Positions 38,602 through 48,837 of a stretch of DNA of 64,000 nucleotides are shown here, in pieces (the first letter of the stretch is position 1; every line of letters starts with the position of its first letter). Made by a program: the position numbers and the translations under genes. Source of the stretch: Bacilli bacterium (GTDB taxonomy: Bacteria > Bacillota_I > Bacilli_A > Izemoplasmatales > Hujiaoplasmataceae); the NCBI GenBank assembly GCA_018399755.1, contig JAGYOE010000002.1, forward strand, positions 6,531 to 70,530. The letters run 5' to 3'. The notes under the pieces were generated by a model that searched no databases, was not told the DNA's origin, and saw nothing but the letters and a program-made list of their open reading frames with translations.

Positions 38602-40790
38602 AACCTAATGAAAAATTAGACATCAGAGAAATATTAAAAGATTTAGATAAATATGAACCAAGACGTAGAGGTTGGACTTGGCGAAAGCCAGTTAAAAATT
38701 TAGAACTTGAAGGCAATCAATATTCAGATGTATCAGAACCTTTAAAAAATTCTATTCCTTTGCCTGGCGCAAAATATTTTAATGATATTGATCCACAACC
38801 TATTCAAGTGATTACTTCCGAAATTGCATCTGGTAGGTTTGAAGATGATATTAGAAGAATGAGAATGGCTGCTTGGCATGGAGCTGATCATCTTATGGTT
38901 ATAAGAACAGCTGGTCAATCACATTTTGATGGATTAATTGAAGGAACACCACAAGGTGTTGGCGGAGTAGCTATTACTAGAAAACAAGTTAGAGCCCAAA
39001 GAAAAGCCCTAGATATTATTGAAGATGAAGTTGGCAGAAAAATTAATTATCATTCATATGTTTCAGGAGTAGCCGGGCCTGATATTGCCGTTATGTTTGC
39101 TGAAGAGGGCGTAAATGGTGCTCATCAAGATCCGCAATATAATATCTTATATAGAAATATAAATATGATTAGATCATTTGTTGATGCTGCTGAGTCTAAG
39201 AAAATTATGTCATGGGCAAATATTTTACAAATTGATGGAGCTCATAATGCTAATGCAACCGCAATGGTTGCTTGGAAGGTAATGCCAGAATTAATGGTAC
39301 AACATGCAATTAATAGTCTTTTTTCTGTTAAATCAGGTATTAAAAAAGAAAATATTGCCTTATCTACAGTGCCTCCTACTGCTGTTCCAGCTCCAGATTT
39401 AAAAATCAATTTGCCTTATGCAAAAGCTTTAAGGGACTTTTTTGATGAGTACAAAATGCGAGCACAAATGAATACTAAGTATATGGAGTCTTCTACTAGA
39501 GATGCGACTGTTACTCATGTTCTTAATATGATGATATCTAAATTAACTTCTGCTGATATTCAATCTACTATTACTCCAGACGAAGGCAGAAATGTTCCTT
39601 GGCATATGTATAATGTTGAAGCCTGTGATACCGCTAAACAATCATTAATCGGTATGGATGGATTATTAGAATTAGTAGAATTAAAAACAGATGGATACTT
39701 ACCTAAAAAAGTACGAGAGTTAAAGGAAAGAGCTATTCTTTTCTTTGAAGAAATGCTTTTAGATGGCGGATATTTTCAAGCTGTTGAAGATGGTTATTTT
39801 ATCGATTCAGGTATTTATCCTGAACGAAACGGCGATGGGATATCTCGGGAAATTAATGGTGGTATTGGTGTAAATACAGTTTATGAAAGAGATGAAGATT
39901 ATTTTGCCCCAGTAACTGCTCACTTTGGCTATAATAATACCTCACAATATAATTTAAAAGCTAATGAATCACCTAGTAAATTGATTAATGGTTCAACCTT
40001 TGAAAATAGATCAAAAATTCAATATATTGATGAATTAGATCAAGAAGACAATGTAAATCAAAGATTAGCTGAAAAAGAAAAATACCTTAATTCAAATTTA
40101 ATTAAACCTGAAGTTGAATGGCTTGCTGATGGTACAATTGTTTTAGATGTAACTTTACCTACTTCTATTAGATATGCAGAAGCTGCTGGGTTAGTACTTG
40201 CAGAAAAAATGAATCTATTAGAACCAGAAGTAATCCATAAGGAAATTTTACACATAGCCGAAGCAACAAGAATCCAAATAAAAGGTAAAGTAGATTTTGA
40301 TATTAATCTTAACGATTTAACATTACCTGAAGAACCTGATATATTATCAGATAATGAAATCAAAGAATTTGTAAATGAACACGGAATGAAAATTGTTGCT
40401 GGTACTGTTGGTGAAGACGAACATTCTGTAGGATTAAGAGAAATTATTGATATAAAACATGGTGGAATAGAAAAATATGGTATCGAATGTATTTATCTAG
40501 GAACTTCAGTACCAATCACCAAACTTGTTGATGCAGCTATTGAAGCCAACGCAGATGCAATTTTAATGTCTACAATTATTTCTCATGACGAAGTACACTA
40601 TAAAAACATGAAAAAAACTCATGAATATGCAATTGAAAAAGGCGTTAGAGATAAGTTGCTAATAATTGCTGGTGGAACACAAGTGACTCCTGAACTTGCA
40701 AGAAATCAAGGAGTAGATCAAGGATTTAGTCGCGGAACTAAAGGACAACATGTTGCCTCATTCTTAGTTAAAAATAAAAAGGAAGATTAA
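38598..40790 (+). CDS. oraE: D-ornithine 4,5-aminomutase beta (E) subunit (AdoCbl/PLP)
   Basis: EIASGRFEDDIRRMRMAAWHGADH; B12-binding DEHSVG (DxHxxG); PLP lysine in DIKHGG. Confidence 0.96.
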   Translation: MKPNEKLDIREILKDLDKYEPRRRGWTWRKPVKNLELEGNQYSDVSEPLKNSIPLPGAKYFNDIDPQPIQVITSEIASGRFEDDIRRMRMAAWHGADHLMVIRTAGQSHFDGLIEGTPQGVGGVAITRKQVRAQRKALDIIEDEVGRKINYHSYVSGVAGPDIAVMFAEEGVNGAHQDPQYNILYRNINMIRSFVDAAESKKIMSWANILQIDGAHNANATAMVAWKVMPELMVQHAINSLFSVKSGIKKENIALSTVPPTAVPAPDLKINLPYAKALRDFFDEYKMRAQMNTKYMESSTRDATVTHVLNMMISKLTSADIQSTITPDEGRNVPWHMYNVEACDTAKQSLIGMDGLLELVELKTDGYLPKKVRELKERAILFFEEMLLDGGYFQAVEDGYFIDSGIYPERNGDGISREINGGIGVNTVYERDEDYFAPVTAHFGYNNTSQYNLKANESPSKLINGSTFENRSKIQYIDELDQEDNVNQRLAEKEKYLNSNLIKPEVEWLADGTIVLDVTLPTSIRYAEAAGLVLAEKMNLLEPEVIHKEILHIAEATRIQIKGKVDFDINLNDLTLPEEPDILSDNEIKEFVNEHGMKIVAGTVGEDEHSVGLREIIDIKHGGIEKYGIECIYLGTSVPITKLVDAAIEANADAILMSTIISHDEVHYKNMKKTHEYAIEKGVRDKLLIIAGGTQVTPELARNQGVDQGFSRGTKGQHVASFLVKNKKED

Positions 40791-42161
40791 ATGAAAATTG
40801 ATAGTTTAGTCGCTGAAATTGGTTCAACTACTACAGTAATAAACGCATTTGATGGATTAGAAACTGATAATCCAAAATTTTTAGGTAGCGGTTTTTCTCC
40901 TACTACTGTTTTAGAAGGCGATGTTAATATCGGTTTAGATAATGCTTTAAATGATCTTAAAGAAAAACTTAATGTAGATAGCTTACTGGCAAAAGAATCT
41001 TTTGCCAGTTCTAGTGCTGCTGGCGGTTTAAAGATGAGTGTTCATGGTCTTGTCTATGATATGACAGTAAAAGCTGCAAAAGAAGCTGCTCTTGGAGCTG
41101 GCGCTAATTTAAAAATGATTACATCAGGCATTCTCGACAACTATCAATTAGATGAAATCAAAAGTTTAAATTTAAATATTATTATGATTGCTGGTGGAGT
41201 TGATTATGGCGAAAGAAAAACCGCCATAGAAAACGCTAAAAAAATTGCTGAATTAAAATTAAATATTCCAATTATTTATGCCGGCAACATTCAAAACCAT
41301 AATATTATTAAAGAGATATTTGCTTATCACAACCAAATAGAATATCTATATATTTCTGATAACGTTTATCCGAAAATTGACTCGCTAAAAGTTGAAAAAA
41401 CTCGCGAAATAATTCAAGATGTTTTCCATAAGCATATAATTAAAGCTCCTGGTATGTATAAGGTTAAAGAATTTATAAAAGAAGATATTATTCCAACACC
41501 TGGTGCTGTTATGGAAAGTTCTAAATTATTGCAAAAAGAAATCGGCGATTTACTAACAATTGATATTGGTGGAGCTACTACTGATATTCATTCTGTAACT
41601 AGGTCAAGTGAACAAATCGAAAAAATTCTCTTAGCACCTGAACCATTTGCTAAAAGAACCGTCGAAGGCGATCTAGGAGTCTTTATTAATAAAGATAATA
41701 TTATTAATATTATTGGTTTTGATAAATTAATGACTGAGTTAAATCTCACAAAGAAACAGTTAACTACTCTTATAGATAACTATCAAGTAATCCCTGATGA
41801 TAATCAACTTGCATTAACAGAAAGATTAGCATTTGAAGCATTTAACCTTGCTTTAAATAGACATAGTGGCAGGTTAATTAAAATGTATACTGCAAGTGGA
41901 AAAATACTTTACGCAGAAGGAAAAGACTTAACTAACGTTAAACACATTATTGCTACAGGTGGTGCACTTACTAGATTAAAAAACCGCAAAACTATTATTA
42001 AAGCTATTATTAATACTCAGAATGAATTAATTCTTCGACCACCAAAATCTGCACAATACCATATAGATAATGACTATATTATGGCATCTTTAGGAGTTTT
42101 ATCCAAAAAGCATCCTCAAGCAGCATTGTACTTACTTAAAAAAAGTTTGGAGTTGATATAA
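40791..42161 (+). CDS. GlmL/MutL-like mutase reactivating factor of the ornithine cluster
   Basis: AEIGSTTT, SSAAGGL, PTPGAV, DIGGATTDIHS, KRTVEGDLG (ASKHA ATPase fold). Confidence 0.88.
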   Translation: MKIDSLVAEIGSTTTVINAFDGLETDNPKFLGSGFSPTTVLEGDVNIGLDNALNDLKEKLNVDSLLAKESFASSSAAGGLKMSVHGLVYDMTVKAAKEAALGAGANLKMITSGILDNYQLDEIKSLNLNIIMIAGGVDYGERKTAIENAKKIAELKLNIPIIYAGNIQNHNIIKEIFAYHNQIEYLYISDNVYPKIDSLKVEKTREIIQDVFHKHIIKAPGMYKVKEFIKEDIIPTPGAVMESSKLLQKEIGDLLTIDIGGATTDIHSVTRSSEQIEKILLAPEPFAKRTVEGDLGVFINKDNIINIIGFDKLMTELNLTKKQLTTLIDNYQVIPDDNQLALTERLAFEAFNLALNRHSGRLIKMYTASGKILYAEGKDLTNVKHIIATGGALTRLKNRKTIIKAIINTQNELILRPPKSAQYHIDNDYIMASLGVLSKKHPQAALYLLKKSLELI

Positions 42162-43225
42162 TGTATCCTCGAGTTAATATAAATATAGATAATTTAATCG
42201 CTAATACCAAAAAAATGGTTGATTTAGCTAAACAAAACCATATTGATTATGTAATGGCTATAGTCAAGGTATTTGCTGGTGATATAAATATTATAAAAGA
42301 AATTATCAACACCGGAATAACTCATATTGGAGATTCACGTATTCAAAATTTAAAAAAATTTCAATCATTAACTTTACCTAAATTATTGGTTAGAATTCCG
42401 ATGTTATCAGAAGTCAAATCAGTAATAGAATATAGTGATATGTCTTTAAACTCTGAACTAAAAACAATTGTGTCTTTGAATGAAGAAGCAAAAAAACAAA
42501 ATAAAAAACATGAAATAATTATCATGTTTGATTTAGGAGATTTAAGAGAAGGTTATTATTACTCACATTCATTTATTAATGATATTAATAAAATATTAAA
42601 ACTAGAAAATATAATCATTAAAGGTATTGGAACAAATTTAACCTGTTATGGCGGTTTAGTTCCAAATAGAGAAATCCTTTCAAGATTAGTTGAAGTTAAA
42701 CATACTATTGAAACCAACACAAATATTCATCTAGATATTATCTCTGGCGGAAATTCTTCTAGTGTTAATTTATTTGGAACAAATGAAATTCCTAAAGAAA
42801 TTAATAGTTTACGTTTAGGAGAATCAATCTTTTTTGGAAAAGAATCTTCGTATTCTACTTATATAGCAGGATTCAACCATAAAAATTTTTCTTTAGAAGC
42901 TGAAATTATTGAAGTTAAAACTAAACCTAGTTATCCTGAGGGTAATACTAGTATTAATTCTTTTGGTGAAGAAGTGGAGATTGAAGATAAAGGTTTAATG
43001 AAAAGAGCAATTTTAGCAATTGGTAAACAAGATGTAATTTTAGAAAATTTACAACCAGTAGATACTAATATTGAAATTATTGGTGGCTCTTCTGATCACT
43101 TAATATTGGATATAACAAACACTGATTATAAACTAGGAGATATAATTGAATTTAATGTTAACTATCCAGGTTTATTACATTTAATGAATTCCAATTATGT
43201 TTATAAAAATTATTTAAAAAAATAA
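42161..43225 (+). CDS. orr: Ornithine racemase (alanine racemase family)
   Basis: VKVF PLP lysine, DSRIQN, DLGDLREG, GTNLTCYG, ISGGNSS, GGSSDH. Confidence 0.88.
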   Translation: MYPRVNINIDNLIANTKKMVDLAKQNHIDYVMAIVKVFAGDINIIKEIINTGITHIGDSRIQNLKKFQSLTLPKLLVRIPMLSEVKSVIEYSDMSLNSELKTIVSLNEEAKKQNKKHEIIIMFDLGDLREGYYYSHSFINDINKILKLENIIIKGIGTNLTCYGGLVPNREILSRLVEVKHTIETNTNIHLDIISGGNSSSVNLFGTNEIPKEINSLRLGESIFFGKESSYSTYIAGFNHKNFSLEAEIIEVKTKPSYPEGNTSINSFGEEVEIEDKGLMKRAILAIGKQDVILENLQPVDTNIEIIGGSSDHLILDITNTDYKLGDIIEFNVNYPGLLHLMNSNYVYKNYLKK

Positions 43226-43246
43226 AAGCCAATTATATTGGCTTAT
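43224..43246. terminator. Terminator hairpin between orr and the NYN gene
   Basis: AAGCCAAT-TAT-ATTGGCTT. Confidence 0.6.
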
Positions 43247-43983
43247 TATTTGTTTCTTATATAAATAACTGTATTTTGTTTTTTAACATCAAAGTCATGC
43301 ATTTTTTCAAAAAAATCAATCGGTCTAATGTTTTTACCATAATTACGAGGATGAAATCCCGGGAATTTCTTTTGTAATAATTGCGCTATTAAACTCCAAT
43401 AAGCCCAGCCATCATCTTCAAGATTTGAATTTATTATATTTTTAAGTTCTTGTTTGACTTTTCTTAAAGGAGTGATTGAAGTTGTTGTAGTTTCAGTCGT
43501 TTTACTGTTTTTGCGTTTAGTTGTTTTTGAATCTGGATTTGAAGCAGCTAACATTTTATCCAGGTAAGAAAAAGATTCACAAGAATTAACTAATGATATG
43601 GGTGTTTTTGATTCACCCATACCAAAGACAAACATGTTATCCTCTCTTAATCTTGTAACTAACTTGGTAAAATCACTATCACTTGAAACAATACAGAAAC
43701 TATTTACTTTTCCTGAATATAATATATCCATTGCATCAATTATTAATGAAAAATCAGAAGAATTTTTCCCTGAAATATATGCATATTGTTGAACAGGAGT
43801 TAATCCAAATTCGTTCATCTTCTGTTTCCAAGGATTTAATTGGGGTGTAGTCCAATCTCCATAGACTCTCCTATAATTTATTTTTCCATACTTATTTGCT
43901 TCATCAATAATAATTTCAATATAATTTGGGGTAATATTTTCTGCATCAATTAATAAAGCAATACTTTTATCTTTAATTTCCAT
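43246..43983 (-). CDS. NYN (LabA/DUF88) domain protein with C-terminal OST-HTH/LOTUS
   Basis: LIDAEN, YGDW, GKNSSD..LIIDAMD, VSSDSDF..L..RLRE; tail GWA..F.PRNYG. Confidence 0.88.
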   Translation of the reverse strand: MEIKDKSIALLIDAENITPNYIEIIIDEANKYGKINYRRVYGDWTTPQLNPWKQKMNEFGLTPVQQYAYISGKNSSDFSLIIDAMDILYSGKVNSFCIVSSDSDFTKLVTRLREDNMFVFGMGESKTPISLVNSCESFSYLDKMLAASNPDSKTTKRKNSKTTETTTTSITPLRKVKQELKNIINSNLEDDGWAYWSLIAQLLQKKFPGFHPRNYGKNIRPIDFFEKMHDFDVKKQNTVIYIRNK

Positions 43984-44090
43984 AATTCACCTCATCGTAT
44001 CTATTATAACAAAATTATCACTAAGATAAATAAAAAAATTAAAATTTATACAGAAAGGAGCCGCATATCTTAAAAAATATGCGCATTAAC

Positions 44091-45878
44091 ATGATTAAAA
44101 ATCAAAAACTATTAACTTGGATTGAAGAAATTAAATCTTTATGTAGTCCCAAAGAGGTTGTTATTTGGACAGGTACACAAAAACAATATGATGAAATTGC
44201 TGATTTAGAAGTAAAAAATGGCAAAGCAATTAAATTAAATCCCAAAAAGCGCCCAAATTCTTTATTATATTGCTCTCACCCTAGTGATGTTGCAAGAATC
44301 GAAAAACGAACTTTTATCTCAACAACAAATCAAAACGATGCGGGGCCAACTAATAACTGGATACCACCTAATAAATTAAAACCGAAAATGTTAGAACTTT
44401 TTAAGGATTCTATGAAAGGCAGAACAATGTATATTATCCCTTTTTCAATGGGTCCGATTGGTTTAGATATGTCTCGATTAGGAGTAGAGATTACTGATAG
44501 TGCATATGTGGCTTTAAACATGCATATCATGACAAGAACAGGAAATAAAGTTCTAGATTTAATTAATGATGATGAAGTTTTTATTAAGTGTTTGCACTCT
44601 GTGGGTTATCCACTTGAACCAGGAATAAAAGATCCAAGCTGGCCTTGTGCACCAATAGAGAAAAAGTATATATCACATTTTCCAGAAGAAAATATGATTT
44701 GGTCATATGGTTCTGGTTATGGTGGAAATGCTTTATTAGGGAAAAAGTGTTTAGCATTACGAATTGCTAGTTCTATGGCTAGTAAAAATAATTGGTTAGC
44801 TGAACATATGTTAATATTAAAACTTACTAATGATAATAATAAAGTTAAATATATTACTGGTGCATTCCCAAGCGCTTGTGGCAAAACAAATTTAGCAATG
44901 ATCAACCCAACATTAAAAGGTTGGAAAGCTGAAACTATTGGTGATGATATAGCTTGGATGGAAGTTAAAGATGATGGAAAAATGTATGCAATAAACCCTG
45001 AAGCTGGTTTCTTTGGAGTAGCACCGGGCACATCATATAAATCAAACCCTAACGCTATGGAAACTATTAGTAAAAATACAATATTTACCAATGTAGCCCT
45101 TACTGATGATTTTGATGTTTGGTGGAAAGGTTTAACTAAGGAAGCGCCTGATCACTTAATAGATTGGCTCGGAAATGATTGGGATAAAACCAAGCCAACT
45201 AGACCAGATCATCCTAATTCGAGATTTACAGCTCCTTTAACTAATTGTCCTACCCTAGCAGATAACTATGAATCACCTGTTCCAATATCAGCTATTCTAT
45301 TTGGCGGTAGAAGACCTACAACAATCCCTTTAGTTCATCAAAGTTTTAACTTTGAACACGGTATTTTTCTTGGCTCTATTATGGGTTCTGAGGTTACTGC
45401 TGCTATTTTAGATGATGGAATTGGAACTATTAGAAGAGATCCTTTTGCGATGTTGCCATTTATTGGCTACAATATTTCTGATTATATAAACCATTGGGTA
45501 GAAATGGGTAAAAAATCAACGGATGAATTACTTCCAAAAATATTTTATGTTAATTGGTTTAGAAAAGATGAAAGTGGATTTTTATGGCCAGGATTTGGAG
45601 AAAATTCTCGTGTTTTAAAATGGATTTTAGAAAGAACTGAGGGAAAAGATAATTACAATAAAACACCAATTGGCTTAATCCCTGATTTAAATAAATTTGA
45701 TTTATTTAATTTAGATGTTAGTCAAGATAAAATGCAAGAACTTGTTAAAGTAGATAAAAATATTTGGCAAGAAGAAATCAAATCAATTGAAAATTATTAT
45801 AGTAATCTCTATAAAGATAAACTACCTAATGTTTTAAGAAATCAACTTGATAATCTAAAAAGACGTTTTGCTTTTTAA
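44091..45878 (+). CDS. pckG: Phosphoenolpyruvate carboxykinase (GTP); start ATG 44091 preferred, 44079 possible
   Basis: DVAR.E, GSGYGGNALLGKKC, WLAEHM, FPSACGKTNLAM, GDDIAW, NPEAGFFGVAPGT, WPGFGEN. Confidence 0.97.
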   Translation: MIKNQKLLTWIEEIKSLCSPKEVVIWTGTQKQYDEIADLEVKNGKAIKLNPKKRPNSLLYCSHPSDVARIEKRTFISTTNQNDAGPTNNWIPPNKLKPKMLELFKDSMKGRTMYIIPFSMGPIGLDMSRLGVEITDSAYVALNMHIMTRTGNKVLDLINDDEVFIKCLHSVGYPLEPGIKDPSWPCAPIEKKYISHFPEENMIWSYGSGYGGNALLGKKCLALRIASSMASKNNWLAEHMLILKLTNDNNKVKYITGAFPSACGKTNLAMINPTLKGWKAETIGDDIAWMEVKDDGKMYAINPEAGFFGVAPGTSYKSNPNAMETISKNTIFTNVALTDDFDVWWKGLTKEAPDHLIDWLGNDWDKTKPTRPDHPNSRFTAPLTNCPTLADNYESPVPISAILFGGRRPTTIPLVHQSFNFEHGIFLGSIMGSEVTAAILDDGIGTIRRDPFAMLPFIGYNISDYINHWVEMGKKSTDELLPKIFYVNWFRKDESGFLWPGFGENSRVLKWILERTEGKDNYNKTPIGLIPDLNKFDLFNLDVSQDKMQELVKVDKNIWQEEIKSIENYYSNLYKDKLPNVLRNQLDNLKRRFAF

Positions 45879-45898
45879 ATTTGTATATAATAAGTATT

Positions 45899-45927
45899 AC
45901 AGGTAAAGAATGATTCTTTACCTGTTA
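45899..45927 (+). terminator. Hairpin terminator after pckG
   Basis: ACAGGTAAAGAAT-G-ATTCTTTACCTGT. Confidence 0.65.
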
Positions 45928-46072
45928 GTTATTAGTTTAAAAAACTTGCTTTCTAATTAATAATTTAATTATAAGCTATAGTTTAACTTATGTTTTTTAA
46001 TCAATTCATTAGATTATGTTAATAGTTTCGTGTATAATATTTGTGTTTGTATAAGCAACTAGGAGGTTTTGC

Positions 46073-47284
46073 ATGAAAAAGCCTATAATAATAGCTTTAT
46101 TAATATATCTTGTTCAAGGTTTAGTTCATAATCTTGGCCATCCCGTAACTCCAGCATTTGTAAAAGCGTTAGAAATTCCTGATTACATGTTTGGAGTTTT
46201 TTATGCAACTATGAGTTCAGGTATTGTTTTAGGTGCTCCTGTCTGGGGAATCGTCGCTGATAGAGGCAATAAAAAACTAGCAATGATAATTGGATTGATG
46301 CTTTATAGTATTGGTCAATTTTTCTTTGGATATTCCGGAAATATGTACTGGATGATTTTCTTTAGATTTGTAAGTGGTTTTGGGGCAAGTGCAAGTCTTA
46401 CTTTGTTTGTTTCACATATGGTGGAAATATCTGAGCCAAAAGACAGAGCAAAACATCTAGCTTGGTTAGCTGCTGCTTTAGCATTAGGACGAAGCTTTGG
46501 ATATTTTGTTGGCGGTTTTATTAGTTCAAATCCTACTGCAATTAATTTATTAGGTACAGGAATAACCTCATTAGAAAGAGTTTTTTTAATACAAGCTTTA
46601 ATTAATTTAGGCTTAGTAGTTTTAATTTTATTCTTTATTAAAGCAGTTAAAATTTACAAACAAAACGTTAATAAGCCGAATTTCTTTGAAAGTTTTAAAA
46701 ATATAAAAACAATCAATAAAACGGTTCTAATCTTTTTAATTTCATTAATATTTATGTCTATAGCTTTTACTAATTTAAGCAAATATCTTGATGTGTATTT
46801 TAATGCCGAGGGGTTTTCAACCGGTCGTATTGGTAATTATAATTTAATTATCGGAATTGTTGCAATCTTAACCAGTATTTTTATCGTTCCTTTGGTAACT
46901 AAATTAAGAAAGAATTTATTGATTTTAGAATTAGTACAGATAACAAGTATAATAGCCGTTATTTATGTTTTTAGAGCAAATAATTTTATTGTTGCGGTAT
47001 ATTCGGTATTTATGATATTTGTAATCGGAAAAGCTATTTTCCAACCACTTGAACAGAATTTTATAGCTGATCATGCAAAACCAGGGCTTTATTCAACAAC
47101 TATGGGTGTTAGACAATCATTTTTCTCTATTGGGATGGTAATAGGTCCTTTAATTGGTGGTTTCTTATTTGATATTAACCCACGTTATGTTTTTGATTTT
47201 AGTGCAATTATGATTTTTATTGCTTTAATCTTAGTATTTATTGTAAATTTGAGAATAAAAAGACAAGAAAATCAAACTTCCTGA
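46073..47284 (+). CDS. Major facilitator superfamily transporter
   Basis: 12 TM segments, G..ADR.G motif, RFVSG, G..IGPLIGG. Confidence 0.88.
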   Translation: MKKPIIIALLIYLVQGLVHNLGHPVTPAFVKALEIPDYMFGVFYATMSSGIVLGAPVWGIVADRGNKKLAMIIGLMLYSIGQFFFGYSGNMYWMIFFRFVSGFGASASLTLFVSHMVEISEPKDRAKHLAWLAAALALGRSFGYFVGGFISSNPTAINLLGTGITSLERVFLIQALINLGLVVLILFFIKAVKIYKQNVNKPNFFESFKNIKTINKTVLIFLISLIFMSIAFTNLSKYLDVYFNAEGFSTGRIGNYNLIIGIVAILTSIFIVPLVTKLRKNLLILELVQITSIIAVIYVFRANNFIVAVYSVFMIFVIGKAIFQPLEQNFIADHAKPGLYSTTMGVRQSFFSIGMVIGPLIGGFLFDINPRYVFDFSAIMIFIALILVFIVNLRIKRQENQTS

Positions 47285-47344
47285 GTTAAAATATTAGTAT
47301 TTCTTCACTTTTTTTGCTAAAATAAAGTTAAAGAGGTGAGTTAT

Positions 47345-47872
47345 ATGTCAGTATATGATTATAAAATTAAAAATATTAAAGGTAAAAATGTTAGTCTCAA
47401 AGACTATAAAGGCAAGGTATTATTAATTGTCAATACAGCAACAAAATGTGGATATACACCTCAATATGAAGGCCTTCAAAACCTATATGATAAATTTAAA
47501 GATGACGGTTTTGAAATTATTGACTTGCCTTGTAATCAATTTATGTCCCAAGCTCCAGGATCTAACGAAGAAATCGCTAATTTTTGTCAGTTAAACTATG
47601 ACACTACATTTGAAACCTTTGCTAAAGTTAAGGTTAATGGGAAAGATGCAATTGACCTTTACAAATATCTTAAAGAAGAAAAACCATACGATGAAATTCC
47701 TGGCGAAGAAGGTCATAAACCTAAGATCTTAAACAAACTTTCAGGTTCAAGAATCAAATGGAATTTTACGAAATTTCTTATCGATAAAGAAGGCAATGTT
47801 TATGGAAGATATGGTTCAAGAGTTGAACCTGAAAAATTAGAAAAACCAATTAAAAAATTGCTAAAAAAATAA
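47345..47872 (+). CDS. Glutathione peroxidase family protein (Cys type; start ATG 47345)
   Basis: VNTATKCGYTPQY, PCNQF..Q.PG, IKWNFTKFL. Confidence 0.95.
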   Translation: MSVYDYKIKNIKGKNVSLKDYKGKVLLIVNTATKCGYTPQYEGLQNLYDKFKDDGFEIIDLPCNQFMSQAPGSNEEIANFCQLNYDTTFETFAKVKVNGKDAIDLYKYLKEEKPYDEIPGEEGHKPKILNKLSGSRIKWNFTKFLIDKEGNVYGRYGSRVEPEKLEKPIKKLLKK

Positions 47873-47902
47873 GACTTAGTTTTTAAACTAAGCCTTTTTT
47901 TT
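47870..47902. terminator. Bidirectional terminator
   Basis: CTTAGTTT..AAACTAAG hairpin followed by a T tract, between convergent genes. Confidence 0.6.
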
Positions 47903-48821
47903 ATAGTAAAAATTTTATCTTTTCGCCTTTGAGATATCTTGTTAAATTGTCTTTAGTTAATTCATATAGTCTTTTTTTCATATATTCACTAGAAGATGCA
48001 TTATGTGGAGTTATAAAAACATTGTCTAATTCCCATAATTTTGAAGTTTTCTCTAAAGGCTCAGGATCTGTAACATCTAGAGCTGCGCCTATAATTTTTC
48101 TTTCTTCTAGTATTTTAACTAAATCTGATTGAACAACAACTTCTCCTCTAGCAATATTAATTAGTAAAGAACTTTCTTTCATTAGTGATAATTTTTCATA
48201 ATCAAACAAATATTTTGTATCTTTATTTAAAGGCATAGCTAGAATTAAATAATCAGCTTGTTTAATAACCTTTTTTAGTCCTAATTCACCTGTGTAAATA
48301 TTGTCAAAATATTTTACTGGTTTATTCTTGCGTCTATGCCCATTGATTTTTTTCGGAGAGAAACTTTGAAGTCTTTTAGCAACTTCTTTACCAATAGACC
48401 CTGTACCGATAATTCCTATAGTAGAATTATAAATTTCTTTTTCTTCATGAATTGGTTGCCAAACTTTCTTTGCTTTATTATTTACAAAAGCTAGGGTATC
48501 TCTATTAAAATAAAGCATTTTTGAAATAACGTCTTCAGCGATTGTAATTGAAAAAATATCCCTGGCATTACTAATCATAATCCCTTTTTCTTTATATCCA
48601 TTAACATCAACATTATCAAAACCTGCCATATATAATTGAATCCATTTTAAATCTTTGTATTCTTTAATATTAGCTTTTGTTAATATCGAATTTAAACCAA
48701 AGAAAACTTCAATATCTTTAGATTTTGAAAAATCATCTGTAAAATCAATACTTGGAAACTGTTTTTTTAATTTTAAATAATCCTTTTCTTCTATTAATCT
48801 TGTATCTACAAAAACCTTCAT
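47901..48821 (-). CDS. D-isomer-specific 2-hydroxyacid dehydrogenase (start ATG 48821)
   Basis: GTGSIG, NIARG, DVTDPEP, ITPHNA. Confidence 0.9.
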   Translation of the reverse strand: MKVFVDTRLIEEKDYLKLKKQFPSIDFTDDFSKSKDIEVFFGLNSILTKANIKEYKDLKWIQLYMAGFDNVDVNGYKEKGIMISNARDIFSITIAEDVISKMLYFNRDTLAFVNNKAKKVWQPIHEEKEIYNSTIGIIGTGSIGKEVAKRLQSFSPKKINGHRRKNKPVKYFDNIYTGELGLKKVIKQADYLILAMPLNKDTKYLFDYEKLSLMKESSLLINIARGEVVVQSDLVKILEERKIIGAALDVTDPEPLEKTSKLWELDNVFITPHNASSSEYMKKRLYELTKDNLTRYLKGEKIKFLL

Positions 48822-48837
48822 AATTAACCCCTTAATT

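Noticed and set aside
47345-47872. Selenocysteine in glutathione peroxidase, or TGA recoding (code 4)
   Set aside because: The catalytic residue is TGT Cys; Trp is TGG and TGA terminates genes such as gmk and ord
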